Shown: positions 9,043 to 18,932 of the stretch, piece by piece
How the letters are laid out: the number at the start of each line of letters is the position of its first letter
Numbering within the stretch: the first letter of the stretch is position 1
Origin: a virus
Taxonomy: Duplodnaviria; Caudoviricetes
DNA length: 64,000 nt
IMG/VR virus record: IMGVR_UViG_3300028591_000110
Span: 71,564-135,563 of that record
Strand: one strand, 5' to 3'
Program-made: the position numbers and the translations under genes
Notes under the pieces: generated by a model
What the model was told of the DNA's origin: nothing
The model's input: only the letters and a program-made list of their open reading frames with translations
Database searches by the model: none

Positions 9043-9726
9043 TCATTGATCGATTCCTTCCTTGTCTTTCTCAGATTGCGGCACAACGTAATACTTGATA
9101 TTTCCTGTGTCGAGATCCTTGACGTATGCGCAGAGCATGCCTCCGAATACGCAGCCTCCGTCGATGCAAATGTCTCCGGTTTTTACGATATACGGCACGA
9201 CGTCTTCGCTCGGAGTGTGGCCGAATACGACCAGCTTTTCTCGCGGTGCGTCATCTTCCTCGATCCAGTCACGACCCCATAGGAGATCTTCTTCGGTGTT
9301 GTCTTTGAGATGCGGGTGTGTAAGCCCAGCGTGGCAGAAGATTGTGTCATCTGTTTCATAATACAACGGCAGCGAGCGGAACCATGCGATATCGCTTTGG
9401 AGCTGAGCCGGATTCTCGTCATAGCTCATGACCGTTTGCATGCCGCCATTCCACGCCCAAAGCGGATCGACGATTCCGTCGTTATCGATGGCGAATTTTT
9501 CATGATTCCCTTTTAGGCAGACGACTTTATCTCTGCCGGCCTGCCTCTGCAGCAGGCGTATGGTTTCAACCACCTTTGCGCTATACGGGCCGCGATCGAT
9601 GTAGTCTCCGATAAACACCAGCGTATCCGTTTCGCTGCTGTAATCGATTCCTCTAAACAGATCGCACATGGTATGGTAGCATCCGTGGATGTCTCCCATG
9701 GCGATGAGTCTCTTATGTTTCTCCAT
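9043..9726 (-). CDS. Ser/Thr protein phosphatase (calcineurin-like, PphA/NinI type)
   Basis: GDIHG, GDYIDRG, GNHE, HAG, GHTP. Confidence 0.9.
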   Translation of the reverse strand: MEKHKRLIAMGDIHGCYHTMCDLFRGIDYSSETDTLVFIGDYIDRGPYSAKVVETIRLLQRQAGRDKVVCLKGNHEKFAIDNDGIVDPLWAWNGGMQTVMSYDENPAQLQSDIAWFRSLPLYYETDDTIFCHAGLTHPHLKDNTEEDLLWGRDWIEEDDAPREKLVVFGHTPSEDVVPYIVKTGDICIDGGCVFGGMLCAYVKDLDTGNIKYYVVPQSEKDKEGIDQ

Positions 9727-9994
9727 TTTCTTTTCTCACTTTTTCATACAGGTGATAGACCGGCGGACAAACATAGAAGAACTCTGTGTGGCTGCCGACA
9801 TCATATTTCGTCGCCGGCTTTCCTTTCAGATCCTCGTTCCAGACCCTTGTGTAGTAGATCGTGAAGTTTCGCTCGTCGCAAAACGCTTTGATCTGTCTTG
9901 AGATCTCGTCGATGACCTTCTGAGCTTTCATTCGCCCGTCGATCTTGCCGATCTGCCTGATCTTCCCGTGGCTGTTTCTAAAGTATAGAGTCAT
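9713..9994 (-). CDS. Hypothetical protein
   Basis: ORF coupled to its neighbours; DVGSHTEFF motif. Confidence 0.65.
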   Translation of the reverse strand: MTLYFRNSHGKIRQIGKIDGRMKAQKVIDEISRQIKAFCDERNFTIYYTRVWNEDLKGKPATKYDVGSHTEFFYVCPPVYHLYEKVRKENGET

Positions 9995-10944
9995 GCTGTC
10001 TCCTCATGCGCATCGCTGATTAGTGTACTGGACTCAATGTAATGCAGATATGTATCAATACACACAGACTGAACCTGAGCAGGGGTATATTCTCTTCTAA
10101 TACACGGGTTTTCTCCGCGATAGAAAGTAAGCCGAAGCATTGCTAGATCGCTCTGTTTTTTGCTTTCTTCCGGCATTTCGACATAATCAAAGAATTGTTT
10201 TGCCATCTTGAGTGCGTCGTACTCAGACAGCTTGGTGATTTCTTCGATGTGCGAAAACCGCCTGTGGAGAGCGGGGTCGATGGAGTCAAAACGGTTTGTT
10301 GTGGCGATGATGATGTTGTCATTCTGAACTCTGTCCAGCTCCTGCATCAGCGCAATGACGACGCGATTCATTTCTCCAACGTCAGAACTTGCACCGCGCT
10401 TGAGAGCAACCGCATCAAGCTCGTCAAAGCAAAAGACGCATGGCGTCTTTCTGACAAACTCGAAGATCCTGCCCAAACTCTTCTGTGTTTCGCCGAGATA
10501 TTGTCCAAGCAAGAACGAAAAGTTTACATAATAGAATGGAAGACCTGCTTTGTATGCGATGTATTTTGCAAGCGTTGTTTTTCCGGTTCCGCTTTCTCCG
10601 TGCAAAAGCAGCGACGGCATATAGCGGATATTTTTCTCTGCCAAGACTCCTGCGGATTTATATGTCAACAAGAGCTTGTCTACGATCTCTTTTTCTTGAT
10701 CTCGAATGAAAAATCTCCCGTCTACCATATCCGATACATCTTCGTAGATTAGAACGCTCTGCAGGTTTAGCGGAATCTCAAAGCGCTTCGCTTCTTTCTC
10801 TTCAATAAGCCTGCTCATTCTGGCGCAGAATGTTTGATCTTTTTGAGTCTTCGACTCTTTAACGATGTACGCTGCCTGTTCTCTTGCCTGCTGCATATTC
10901 CCATTGATAACGTATTGGATCAGCAGCTTTTCTCTTTCTGTCAT
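9991..10944 (-). CDS. AAA+ ATPase
   Basis: GESGTGKT, CFDELDAV, ATTN, DPALHRRF. Confidence 0.9.
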   Translation of the reverse strand: MTEREKLLIQYVINGNMQQAREQAAYIVKESKTQKDQTFCARMSRLIEEKEAKRFEIPLNLQSVLIYEDVSDMVDGRFFIRDQEKEIVDKLLLTYKSAGVLAEKNIRYMPSLLLHGESGTGKTTLAKYIAYKAGLPFYYVNFSFLLGQYLGETQKSLGRIFEFVRKTPCVFCFDELDAVALKRGASSDVGEMNRVVIALMQELDRVQNDNIIIATTNRFDSIDPALHRRFSHIEEITKLSEYDALKMAKQFFDYVEMPEESKKQSDLAMLRLTFYRGENPCIRREYTPAQVQSVCIDTYLHYIESSTLISDAHEETA

Positions 10945-10975
10945 TCAGATCCTCCGGATTACGCTCTTGATTTTT

Positions 10976-11200
10976 TCAAGAAACGTCATTACTCTGCCCC
11001 CCCCCCATCAGTGGGGTGACGGTGGATGCGTCTACCTCAGAGAATGGGCCGATTTCCACGTCATTGTTGTATTTAATGCTTACAAATGGCGCCTCGCAGA
11101 TGTAGTAGCGTTTCTGAGCGTCAATGGCAAGATAGCCTTCGACATATCCGCCGGTGTCTTTTCTGCGGCCTTTATAGAGGCCGGTTCCTTCTCTATACAT
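10976..11200 (-). CDS. YopX-like protein
   Basis: YKGRRKDTGGYVEG...EVDASTV pattern. Confidence 0.55.
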   Translation of the reverse strand: MYREGTGLYKGRRKDTGGYVEGYLAIDAQKRYYICEAPFVSIKYNNDVEIGPFSEVDASTVTPLMGGGQSNDVS

Positions 11201-11209
11201 ATTGTCTCC

Positions 11210-11500
11210 TTAGTAAACCAAGTATTCGTCAAAGCCGTACTGCTCTGACAGCGTGCGGGTCATTGATGCAAAGACTGATTCTGTACTGTGGTCATATTTG
11301 AAAATACAAACGTCTTTATCGTCGTAAATTGCCGCTCCAATTTTCAGAATCTTGACCAGCAAATCAAGTTCATCATCCGATAGCTTGTAGTGACCGCCCT
11401 TATACTCATGGAATGAGCATCCGGTCGTTTGGCTTACAGCGCCGGCCTTTTCGCATGCCAGACGCACATGGGAACAGGTGTCACATGTTGGCATGCTCAT
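11210..11500 (-). CDS. Hypothetical protein
   Basis: Operonic ORF with RBS. Confidence 0.55.
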   Translation of the reverse strand: MSMPTCDTCSHVRLACEKAGAVSQTTGCSFHEYKGGHYKLSDDELDLLVKILKIGAAIYDDKDVCIFKYDHSTESVFASMTRTLSEQYGFDEYLVY

Positions 11501-11778
11501 TCTGTTTCCTCCCCCGGCTTCGACGACAGAATATATTGCCCGCCATAGCCGAACATGGCGTTCTGCTCATCCGTCAGACCGCATTCGTCATAGGCTTCCT
11601 GTTCGTCAAACGAATTGAGGAAGATCCAGGTGTGCATCTTCTTGCCGGCCTTCAGCAGCTCGTCGATGACGGTTTTTGCCTCAACGACCGCAGCGGCAAA
11701 GTCCGGGTCGAGATGTTCGGCGATGCACTTTTCCGTATATCGCCCAAGGCGATTGATAATATCTTTACAGTTTGTCAT
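11497..11778 (-). CDS. Hypothetical protein
   Basis: Operonic ORF with RBS. Confidence 0.6.
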   Translation of the reverse strand: MTNCKDIINRLGRYTEKCIAEHLDPDFAAAVVEAKTVIDELLKAGKKMHTWIFLNSFDEQEAYDECGLTDEQNAMFGYGGQYILSSKPGEETE

Positions 11779-11788
11779 GTATGATCTC

Positions 11789-12061
11789 CTAAAGTTTTGC
11801 TTCTTTCTTCAGCCATTCCTGCCAGCATTTGATGCAGCTCGCGCCTTTCTGTTCGCACTCGACATGCGGGCAAATTCCATTGCTGACCATCGCTAGAAAA
11901 GGAGCTAGTTTTTCATCCGGCAAACGTCGGATGTCGTCTCCGTTTGTCAATGCTCTGTAATGCTCGCAATCGCGAATGATGTCCGGGTCAGGGCTGTCAA
12001 TCACTTTTTCACACCAGTTGTTGATAAGGTTGAAGCACTTTTTACATTGAATGAATCTCAT
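11789..12061 (-). CDS. Hypothetical Cys-rich protein
   Basis: TNGDDIR...EKLA...C..CWQEWL phage motif. Confidence 0.6.
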   Translation of the reverse strand: MRFIQCKKCFNLINNWCEKVIDSPDPDIIRDCEHYRALTNGDDIRRLPDEKLAPFLAMVSNGICPHVECEQKGASCIKCWQEWLKKEAKL

Positions 12062-12450
12062 TATTCCTCATCTTTCTGCGCCTTTTGCAGCTTATCCAAA
12101 ATCCAATCAGCCAGATCTGCTACGTTTTCTTCGTCCCATTCAGAAAAGTCATCAAAAGACATTGTACCGATTGCGAATGCTTCCTTTACGCGGGTCAGCT
12201 CGAATGTCATGCTGTCGCCAATTTGAAAGTAATGAGATAGAATGTCGATCAGCTTCTCTCGTGTGGGAATCATGGATAGCAATTCGTCAATGGCGTTTGC
12301 AGCGCGTTCTGCAAGCTCCTCAGAGCACGTCTTAAATCTATCTTCGTCGAAGCCAGAGTATAAGCTGCATTCTGCAAAATTGTATTCACAATTCCCAGTG
12401 TGGCAACGGAGATCTTTTGCTAATCCCTTATAGTCAGTCGTCGTTGTCAT
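12061..12450 (-). CDS. Hypothetical protein
   Basis: Operonic ORF. Confidence 0.6.
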   Translation of the reverse strand: MTTTTDYKGLAKDLRCHTGNCEYNFAECSLYSGFDEDRFKTCSEELAERAANAIDELLSMIPTREKLIDILSHYFQIGDSMTFELTRVKEAFAIGTMSFDDFSEWDEENVADLADWILDKLQKAQKDEE

Positions 12451-12907
12451 TATCCTCCTTCATTGTCCTGTGCCTTTTCTGATGGCACTTCTTGCAAAGC
12501 GTCACCAGATTGTCCGGCTCATCTCCGCCGCCTTGCGAAACGGGGAGAATATGATGCACTTCGAGCTGTCCGTCGTCAATCGGAACCGGCATACCGAACG
12601 GATTCATAAACACATGCAGCTCACCGCAATCCTGACAGGTGAAGTTGTCTCGATACAACATGCGGAGTGAATACGGATCTCTGCCGCGCTGCCAGACCGT
12701 GCGAAGATCAAACTCTCTGCGGCAATCGTCCGAACAGAATCGGCGCCGTTTACTTTCAACAGCTCCACCGCACCACGGACATTGGCCTTTTGCCTCATAT
12801 CGCGGCTTCGAATACATCACAGCGTCCCTTCCGTATAGTTCAACAGCCTTATAGAGAGCGGGGAAGGGGCGTCGTGTTCCGTGCGTTTGCCAGTAGTGTT
12901 TAATCAT
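12434..12907 (-). CDS. HNH endonuclease
   Basis: RDNFTCQDCG, LEVHHILPVSQGG, NLVTLCKKCH. Confidence 0.9.
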   Translation of the reverse strand: MIKHYWQTHGTRRPFPALYKAVELYGRDAVMYSKPRYEAKGQCPWCGGAVESKRRRFCSDDCRREFDLRTVWQRGRDPYSLRMLYRDNFTCQDCGELHVFMNPFGMPVPIDDGQLEVHHILPVSQGGGDEPDNLVTLCKKCHQKRHRTMKEDNDNDD

Positions 12908-13106
12908 CTTTCTCCTTTACGCGAAACTTTTCAATATTGGCACTTTGATAACCGCAGTTGAGACAGCTTGCTTTGGCCTTCCTGTAATAAACCGGATATG
13001 CCAGTGTGCGGCTAGGGATACGAACTACCTTGTCGCATCCGCACTTCGGACATTTGTATTCAATCATTTTTGCGCAGAAGTGATTTGTCTCTGTATGTGA
13101 GTCGTT

Positions 13107-13463
13107 TCAATCCGCAGCCTCCTTGTTTGACGGAACGATGACAGGCGCATTCGCAAGCATATTAATGATCGTCGATTTTGCTGCGTCCGCTTCTCCATGC
13201 CTTCTTTGCGTGCCGCGCCCGAACGGATAATGATTATCCATCTCCGCACGGAAAGCGGCGCGATCAATCAGATCGCCATGCTCTGACAACTGTTCGAGAG
13301 GGCATTTTGGATGCGTCCCTGTGCAAAAATCAAATCCCCTATTGGTTGGGTCGTACATAAACTTGATGGTTTCGTTTAGTGGGCAGTAAGCATTATAGGA
13401 TCGGATTTTGCAAACTGCGCAGCTCTTTGGTATCTCTGCGCCACGGATGATAATGTCAGGCAT
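13107..13463 (-). CDS. Hypothetical phage protein
   Basis: IPKSC..C...CPL...HGDLID pattern; start inferred from the RBS. Confidence 0.55.
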   Translation of the reverse strand: MPDIIIRGAEIPKSCAVCKIRSYNAYCPLNETIKFMYDPTNRGFDFCTGTHPKCPLEQLSEHGDLIDRAAFRAEMDNHYPFGRGTQRRHGEADAAKSTIINMLANAPVIVPSNKEAAD

Positions 13464-13585
13464 CCTGCTTCTCCTTTGAGCCATTGAGCAAAGCAGCGCA
13501 GGCCATCGCGATCGCTTCGTGGGATCTTGGATCTTTGAATTGAAATATAGCGGCAAGGTTTACAAGAATTACCGCAGCTTCCGCA

Positions 13586-13885
13586 TTAGTCATCTTTTTT
13601 CACTCCAAGCATTGCTCCGCAATTTGGGCAGAATGGAGGCATTTGTTTTGTGCCTCCGATTCCGCTGTGTTTTCCGCAGTTGGTACAATATGTTCTGCGG
13701 CGCCCATACGGGCCGTCGAATCTCACGACCCATTCTCCGGCAGGACGACTGTCGCTTGGCATTGTCGGAGCGGCGTCGATCTGCTCGGCGAGCCACGCCA
13801 CGCCGTCATCGAATGAGTCTGAAAAACCATCCGGGATGCCTTCGTAGCTGATCAGCTCGAAGGGATCTGCGTCGATCAAACGCAT
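13586..13885 (-). CDS. Zinc-ribbon phage protein
   Basis: MRLIDAD...CTNCG...FCPNCGA. Confidence 0.7.
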   Translation of the reverse strand: MRLIDADPFELISYEGIPDGFSDSFDDGVAWLAEQIDAAPTMPSDSRPAGEWVVRFDGPYGRRRTYCTNCGKHSGIGGTKQMPPFCPNCGAMLGVKKDD

Positions 13886-14172
13886 TTACTCCATCCCCTC
13901 TCTTCCTTCAGCATCTCGTTTCGCTCGCGGTGCGCGTCTCTTCTCTTCAGCTCCGCGAACTTTTCCTCTTCTGCTTTGCGGAGCTCTCGAATGCATTCTT
14001 CGTCAGACCTCGTTACTACGCAGTCCTCTTTCAGCGGCCTTCCGACAATGCTTCTTTTGAGATATTCAGATACATCCTCAAACAGCTTTTGTTTCCGCAG
14101 CCTTTGAAGGCAGTTATCACAGGCCGCCTTCTTCTCGTCGCACGGCCTGTTCGGGCAGGACTCGCACTTCAT
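13876..14172 (-). CDS. Hypothetical protein
   Basis: Operonic ORF. Confidence 0.5.
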   Translation of the reverse strand: MKCESCPNRPCDEKKAACDNCLQRLRKQKLFEDVSEYLKRSIVGRPLKEDCVVTRSDEECIRELRKAEEEKFAELKRRDAHRERNEMLKEERGWSKCV

Positions 14173-14549
14173 GGGCGTTCAGCTCCGCAGCGCTTACACT
14201 TGCCGTCCTCGCCCCAAACGTGGTCGTTCCTGGGGCAGAGGGTGGAAGACAGCTTGGCCTGCAGCTCGTTACGCTCCTTAAAGAACATATCGCGCTCTTC
14301 GGCTGTGACAGCGAGCTCCGCGTACAGTGAGTCCTTGGCGGCGTTACTTGCATAGAGTGCCTTGCTTGCCTCGTCAAGCTGCGCTTGGCGTTCATCAAGC
14401 GCAGCGCTGCACTCTTTCTGCAGCGTGAGGTTCAGGCTGATTTCATGCCAGCGCTTTTTATACTCTTTGCGCCACATGACGGCGAGGAAGACAACCGCTG
14501 CGACGAGCAGCAGAATCACGACGCCAATGATAATCCATGCTGTGGTCAT
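14169..14549 (-). CDS. Membrane-anchored coiled-coil protein
   Basis: N-terminal TM, coiled coil, C-terminal C..H...CKRC. Confidence 0.6.
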   Translation of the reverse strand: MTTAWIIIGVVILLLVAAVVFLAVMWRKEYKKRWHEISLNLTLQKECSAALDERQAQLDEASKALYASNAAKDSLYAELAVTAEERDMFFKERNELQAKLSSTLCPRNDHVWGEDGKCKRCGAERP

Positions 14550-14709
14550 TGTTTCAATCCTTTCTATAATCTTCGTTTCAGCTTGCTTGCGATCTCATCT
14601 CCAACTACGAGAATTGCGATGATTACATAGTCTGTATCACTTAGCGTGATGCCGAACTTTTTGGAGAGGAGATAGGCAATGAAGGAGACAATGAAGAACC
14701 CGATGTAAA

Positions 14710-14904
14710 TCAATGCTCTTCACCCTTATCGTTGAATGCAGACGTGGTGGTATAGCCGCTGTCGTTGCCGTATTGGATTGTTACGCTTTGCTGCGGGCAT
14801 TGTCTGCCAAGCTCTTTACAGTAACCGCATGGCAGCATGTAGGCGCATCCATTTAACGATCCGCCTTCGCCCCAATACGGAGGGGTGTGATTCCAGTCTT
14901 TCAT
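14710..14904 (-). CDS. Hypothetical protein
   Basis: CAYMLPCGYC motif. Confidence 0.5.
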   Translation of the reverse strand: MKDWNHTPPYWGEGGSLNGCAYMLPCGYCKELGRQCPQQSVTIQYGNDSGYTTTSAFNDKGEEH

Positions 14905-15689
14905 GGTTCCACCTCCACCTTGTTCCAGTACGTCGCGGTCATGTAGATCCCTTCGCTATCGTTGCAGGTTGCGATAAAAAGATCGTATCCCAGTTTGAAG
15001 CATGAGTTACCGTCGTCGTCCCATACGTCCGATCCTTTGTTCCTGACATGGGCGTCTGTTTTCTGCCATTCGTATGTTTCAACCGTTCCATCCTTCTTGA
15101 CGATCTTCATGGTGTCGCCAGGCCCGCACCAGCGAATAATCCAGAGTCCTTCTGAATCGTGATCCCCAACCATATAGCTGCCGCCGAAAAGTTTCATGAT
15201 GAAAGCCGCATCAGAGGAGTCAACAAGCTCTTTATCAAGCGTGTCGTACAGGCCAACGGAATAGGTGTCTCCGATGTACATTCTGCCGTAGTAGTCCAGC
15301 TTATACTCCGGGACAATGGTAGGATGTGGCTCCGGAACCTGATAGGTCAGATCTGCAAGCGTTCTCTGCGGAGGCGTGGGCTTCGGCGTGGACGCCGGGG
15401 TAGGATCTGGCGTAGGCTCCGGATCTACCGGCAGGGTGGTCGCCGGCGCTTCTTCTGTTTTCTCCTGCTGCGACATTCGCCACAGGAACGTAATCATTTC
15501 TGCGCGGGTAATCGGCTTGTCCGGCGAAAAGTGCGTTTCGTCCGTGCCGAAGGTGATGCCGTTTTCTTTCGCCCACGCCACAGCGTCTGCATAATAGGCG
15601 TCCTGCGGCACATCCACAAAGCCGGACGCGCCGACAACGGACGTGATGAGCAGCACGGCAACAATCATGATGATGAGTGTTTTCTTCAA
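14901..15689 (-). CDS. Secreted SLH-domain protein with a sortase-like C-terminal domain
   Basis: Signal peptide; FVDVPQDAYYADAVAWA...FSPDKPITRAEM (SLH); Pro/Thr linker; VGDH...GDTMKI...LFIATC. Confidence 0.7.
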   Translation of the reverse strand: MKKTLIIMIVAVLLITSVVGASGFVDVPQDAYYADAVAWAKENGITFGTDETHFSPDKPITRAEMITFLWRMSQQEKTEEAPATTLPVDPEPTPDPTPASTPKPTPPQRTLADLTYQVPEPHPTIVPEYKLDYYGRMYIGDTYSVGLYDTLDKELVDSSDAAFIMKLFGGSYMVGDHDSEGLWIIRWCGPGDTMKIVKKDGTVETYEWQKTDAHVRNKGSDVWDDDGNSCFKLGYDLFIATCNDSEGIYMTATYWNKVEVEP

Positions 15690-15704
15690 ATGGTTTCCTC
15701 CTGT

Positions 15705-16373
15705 TTATTTTCCATCTGGCAACAAGCGCTCTACGCTGCTTGCAAGGCCAGCAAACGTATCGCTTGCCATAAGGAGATTTACAACATTGTCTGTCAGCGT
15801 TTGACGCATCGTTTCGTCAAACCTCTGCTTGATACCTGCGTTGATTGAGTCGCGGCAGCGTCTGGCGAACTTTTCAATTTCTTCGCTCGCCGCTTTCTTC
15901 GCATACTCAATCGTATTGTTTTTGCTGAATGCCTCCTCAAGCTTCTTCTGAACAAGCTCTGCGAGGTATTCATTTCTTGGGAGTGTTCGCGTTGGTTCTG
16001 CCCAACCGCCGCCAACTGTGATGTCGCCGGCCATAAACTCGGAGACCTGCCGATCAACAATCTGTTTGACGGCTTCTACGGTCAGAGATTTGACGACAGA
16101 TCTGTACTCGTCTTCGACGATCTTTTCGATCTCTCTGACCGCAATCTCATGCGCTTCACTTTCGAACGTATTGTGAATGGTGTCTCTGATGTACTCTGTA
16201 AAAAACTCTACATCAATTTGAATGACACTCTTGTTCTTGCGGAACGTCGGCGCCAAGTCATTGTATGGACACTTCTCATATCCGCCATCCACTTCGCAAT
16301 AGGGCGTACCGTCGTCGTCATTCCACCCGCTGAAGTGATCACATTCTCTGCATTCTTTGCTCAAGTATTGCAC
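15705..16373 (-). CDS. Hypothetical protein
   Basis: 222-aa operonic ORF. Confidence 0.65.
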   Translation of the reverse strand: MQYLSKECRECDHFSGWNDDDGTPYCEVDGGYEKCPYNDLAPTFRKNKSVIQIDVEFFTEYIRDTIHNTFESEAHEIAVREIEKIVEDEYRSVVKSLTVEAVKQIVDRQVSEFMAGDITVGGGWAEPTRTLPRNEYLAELVQKKLEEAFSKNNTIEYAKKAASEEIEKFARRCRDSINAGIKQRFDETMRQTLTDNVVNLLMASDTFAGLASSVERLLPDGK

Positions 16374-17407
16374 TCCTCATTTCTTCTGTCTCTGTACTCG
16401 TAATATGCTCTCGTATATTCAATGCTCGGCCCGAATACGTTCAGAGCTGCTTTGTATAGTTTCGGCTCATAGATTCTGGCAACCTCAAGTTCTTTTTCAA
16501 AGTATCTCCCGAACGGGCAGCATGCGCAGCCGGTGCGATCCAGACCGTAAAGCGAATAGCACTTAGAATGCTCCACACCAAAAGTCTGGTCGTATGCGTC
16601 GCAGTCGCTCTTCTTAAACCAGAAAAGCGGTCTGAGATTGGAACATCCAAATTCAATATGGTCAAAGCAATTCTGATATGCGAATCTTCTGACGCCGCCC
16701 TCTGCCTTACGGACGCCTGTGACACTGAGATCCGGGTTGTGCTCCTTCAGGATCTCATGCGAGGTGTCCTTTTTGGACTTTTGGCAGCACTGATCTGAGA
16801 TCTGAAATGTGGGTGGATTCTCAATCATAAACTCTTTGAGCCACTTTCTTGCGCTGATATTTACGAGTGATTTTTCTCCCCATAAATTACACCACCACCG
16901 GAGCGCTGCTTTGCAGTGCGGGTATCTCTCATAGAGGACTTCAAAAGGCTCGTCCTCCCACTGAAAATTGTGAATCTGCAGCCGGTGAATATAGTTGCTG
17001 ATTTTCTTTGAAAGGAACGGGTAGCCGTATCTTCTCACAGCAAGAGGCACAGGACACTTTGCTCTGTATTCTTTGATCTCTACGCCGTATTTCTCCCGCA
17101 GATAGGAAAGATGATCCTTCGTTGCCTGATACTCCATGCCGGTATTGAAATAGCAATAATGCACGTTTCCGTCCGGATGACCGATTCGCTCGATCATATC
17201 CAGCATCCGATCACTGTCAGCTCCGCCTGAAATGGAAACTACCACATTTTGGAATTGGGGGGGGGTGGAAGTTTTACCGTTGAACTTTTGATAGTGCTTG
17301 ATAAAAGCGGACTGGATCTCAGCGGTAGGAGAGAGCGACATTAAATCAGAGTAATCCGTTTGGATCGCAGTCAACATAGACTGTTCGATTGCCATCTGCT
17401 CCATCAT
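16361..17407 (-). CDS. PAPS reductase-family protein
   Basis: SISGGADS, FNTGME, CC..SKK, GVRKAEG, RTGCACCPF. Confidence 0.85.
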   Translation of the reverse strand: MMEQMAIEQSMLTAIQTDYSDLMSLSPTAEIQSAFIKHYQKFNGKTSTPPQFQNVVVSISGGADSDRMLDMIERIGHPDGNVHYCYFNTGMEYQATKDHLSYLREKYGVEIKEYRAKCPVPLAVRRYGYPFLSKKISNYIHRLQIHNFQWEDEPFEVLYERYPHCKAALRWWCNLWGEKSLVNISARKWLKEFMIENPPTFQISDQCCQKSKKDTSHEILKEHNPDLSVTGVRKAEGGVRRFAYQNCFDHIEFGCSNLRPLFWFKKSDCDAYDQTFGVEHSKCYSLYGLDRTGCACCPFGRYFEKELEVARIYEPKLYKAALNVFGPSIEYTRAYYEYRDRRNEECNT

Positions 17408-17625
17408 AAAAGTCGACCTCCTGTTTCCGGGTCGATCAGCTCGTCAATCTGGTCAATTGCAGGAGCGTTTTTATCCTTGATTTCCGTATTGATTACGGAA
17501 TAGATGGCGTTCATCGCGCCCTCCGCTTTGCCGAGCTTGCGGTCTGACGAATCCTTCTCCTCTCCGAACTCGAAGAAGTCGCTGACGATCTGGTCAATGA
17601 GCGCGAGCTTGATTTTTTCGTTCAA
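17404..17625 (-). CDS. Hypothetical protein
   Basis: Operonic ORF, TTG start. Confidence 0.55.
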   Translation of the reverse strand: MNEKIKLALIDQIVSDFFEFGEEKDSSDRKLGKAEGAMNAIYSVINTEIKDKNAPAIDQIDELIDPETGGRLL

Positions 17626-18023
17626 GTTTGTGCCTCCTCATACAAAACTCTCGGTACATAGACCCGGTTTTCCATTTGCTTTTCCACCTTGCGCGTGCGG
17701 CCAAGGACTTCTTTCATCAGGTTTGTAAGCTGCCGTCCTTTGTCGCTGTCCAGGAACTCCACAAGCGGCTGCAAAGCGCGAACGGTGTCTTTGGATTCTC
17801 TGCGGCTCTGCCGGCACTTCATGATCTGCGTGGCAACTCTGGCGCGGTTTTTGTAATTGAGATTGTTCAGCTCGATCTGATGCAGCAGATCTTCCTGCAG
17901 GCCATTGAAGTAGGAAACCTGCTCTTCATTCCATGTGTAATCCCGCTGCGCCTGTTCCATGAGCGCCAAGAACGCCTCGATGCTGCCGGAGAAGTGCGGG
18001 AGCTGCTTTTTGACTTTAGGCAT
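17622..18023 (-). CDS. Hypothetical coiled-coil protein
   Basis: QEDLLHQIE...RR..KD...YVPRVL phage motif. Confidence 0.65.
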   Translation of the reverse strand: MPKVKKQLPHFSGSIEAFLALMEQAQRDYTWNEEQVSYFNGLQEDLLHQIELNNLNYKNRARVATQIMKCRQSRRESKDTVRALQPLVEFLDSDKGRQLTNLMKEVLGRTRKVEKQMENRVYVPRVLYEEAQT

Positions 18024-18837
18024 TGTCCTGCACCTCCAAATGGCGCTCTACATAGCTGCGATCCTGCGTAAAGATCGGCGTATCGTGATCTACGATCCAT
18101 TTGCCGCGCTGATACTGATTGCCGTCCTTGCCGGTAATGGTCTCTACGCGCTTGAAGCAGGCCGTACCACGCTTTTCATCCGGAGAAAAGTCGTTCCAGT
18201 TGATATTTTTCTCGGAAAAAAGCATCTCCTGAATGACATTGCACGACTTGTTCTGCAGCTCAGCGTGAGAGAAGTTGGCCTGACCGACAGACTGAATACT
18301 GTTTCGTGTGGCGTCTTGCTGGCGCCAGATCAGGCAGTTGCATACCTCGTCCTTTGGCATGGAGAACGCGCGAGCGTCAAACATGGCTCCTTTTGTAAGT
18401 GCAGCAAGGTGCCATTGATGCCTCAAAATAAATTCAGATGACGGGTTTGTCTCCCCTTCATACGCAATGGATGAAAAGACACGAAATGACTGATTGAAAT
18501 TTACAGTTGCCATTGACGCCGCAATGCTGCACATCTTCTGGACGTTGTAGCCGAACCATGCGTCTGTCTTAATCGTCGCATAGTCCGTAAGAACCAGCGT
18601 GATTTCGTCCGACTGCGTATAGCCAAAGACACAGCCCTGAATGTTCTCGCAGAGATACTTCATCGTGTCCTGCATGGCGGACATCAGAACGTGGTCGAAC
18701 GGCTTGACAAACCCTTTGGTGAAAGTATGAAATGCCTTGCCGTCGATGCGGATAATCACGGGGATTCTGCGTGGCAGGTAGTTGCGGGAGATATACTCGT
18801 AACCTTTCATCCGGTCGCCGAGAGAATCTTTGTTCAA
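18016..18837 (-). CDS. thg1: Thg1-like tRNA(His) guanylyltransferase / 3'-5' polymerase
   Basis: LGDRMKGYE, IIRIDGKAFHTFT, YTQSDEI, FDARAF, WRQQDATRNSI. Confidence 0.95.
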   Translation of the reverse strand: MNKDSLGDRMKGYEYISRNYLPRRIPVIIRIDGKAFHTFTKGFVKPFDHVLMSAMQDTMKYLCENIQGCVFGYTQSDEITLVLTDYATIKTDAWFGYNVQKMCSIAASMATVNFNQSFRVFSSIAYEGETNPSSEFILRHQWHLAALTKGAMFDARAFSMPKDEVCNCLIWRQQDATRNSIQSVGQANFSHAELQNKSCNVIQEMLFSEKNINWNDFSPDEKRGTACFKRVETITGKDGNQYQRGKWIVDHDTPIFTQDRSYVERHLEVQDNA

Positions 18838-18877
18838 ATAAAGCCCTCCTAGTCTTTAATGTTTTACTAACAAGGTC

Positions 18878-18906
18878 AGTATATCAGACAGAAGGGCTTG
18901 TGTCAA
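18878..18906 (-). promoter_or_regulatory. Sigma70/SigA promoter for thg1, flanked by operator-like boxes (18851-18870, 18916-18935)
   Basis: TTGACA-17bp-TATACT on the minus strand. Confidence 0.85.
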
Positions 18907-18932
18907 TAGGAAAATAAGTTTTTTGTGTTGCG

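Noticed and set aside
10997-11006. C10 tract as a phase-variable fusion to the AAA ATPase
   Set aside because: It lies at the extreme 3' end of a small ORF, and the shifted frame I translated does not join the ATPase. It may be an RBS remnant.
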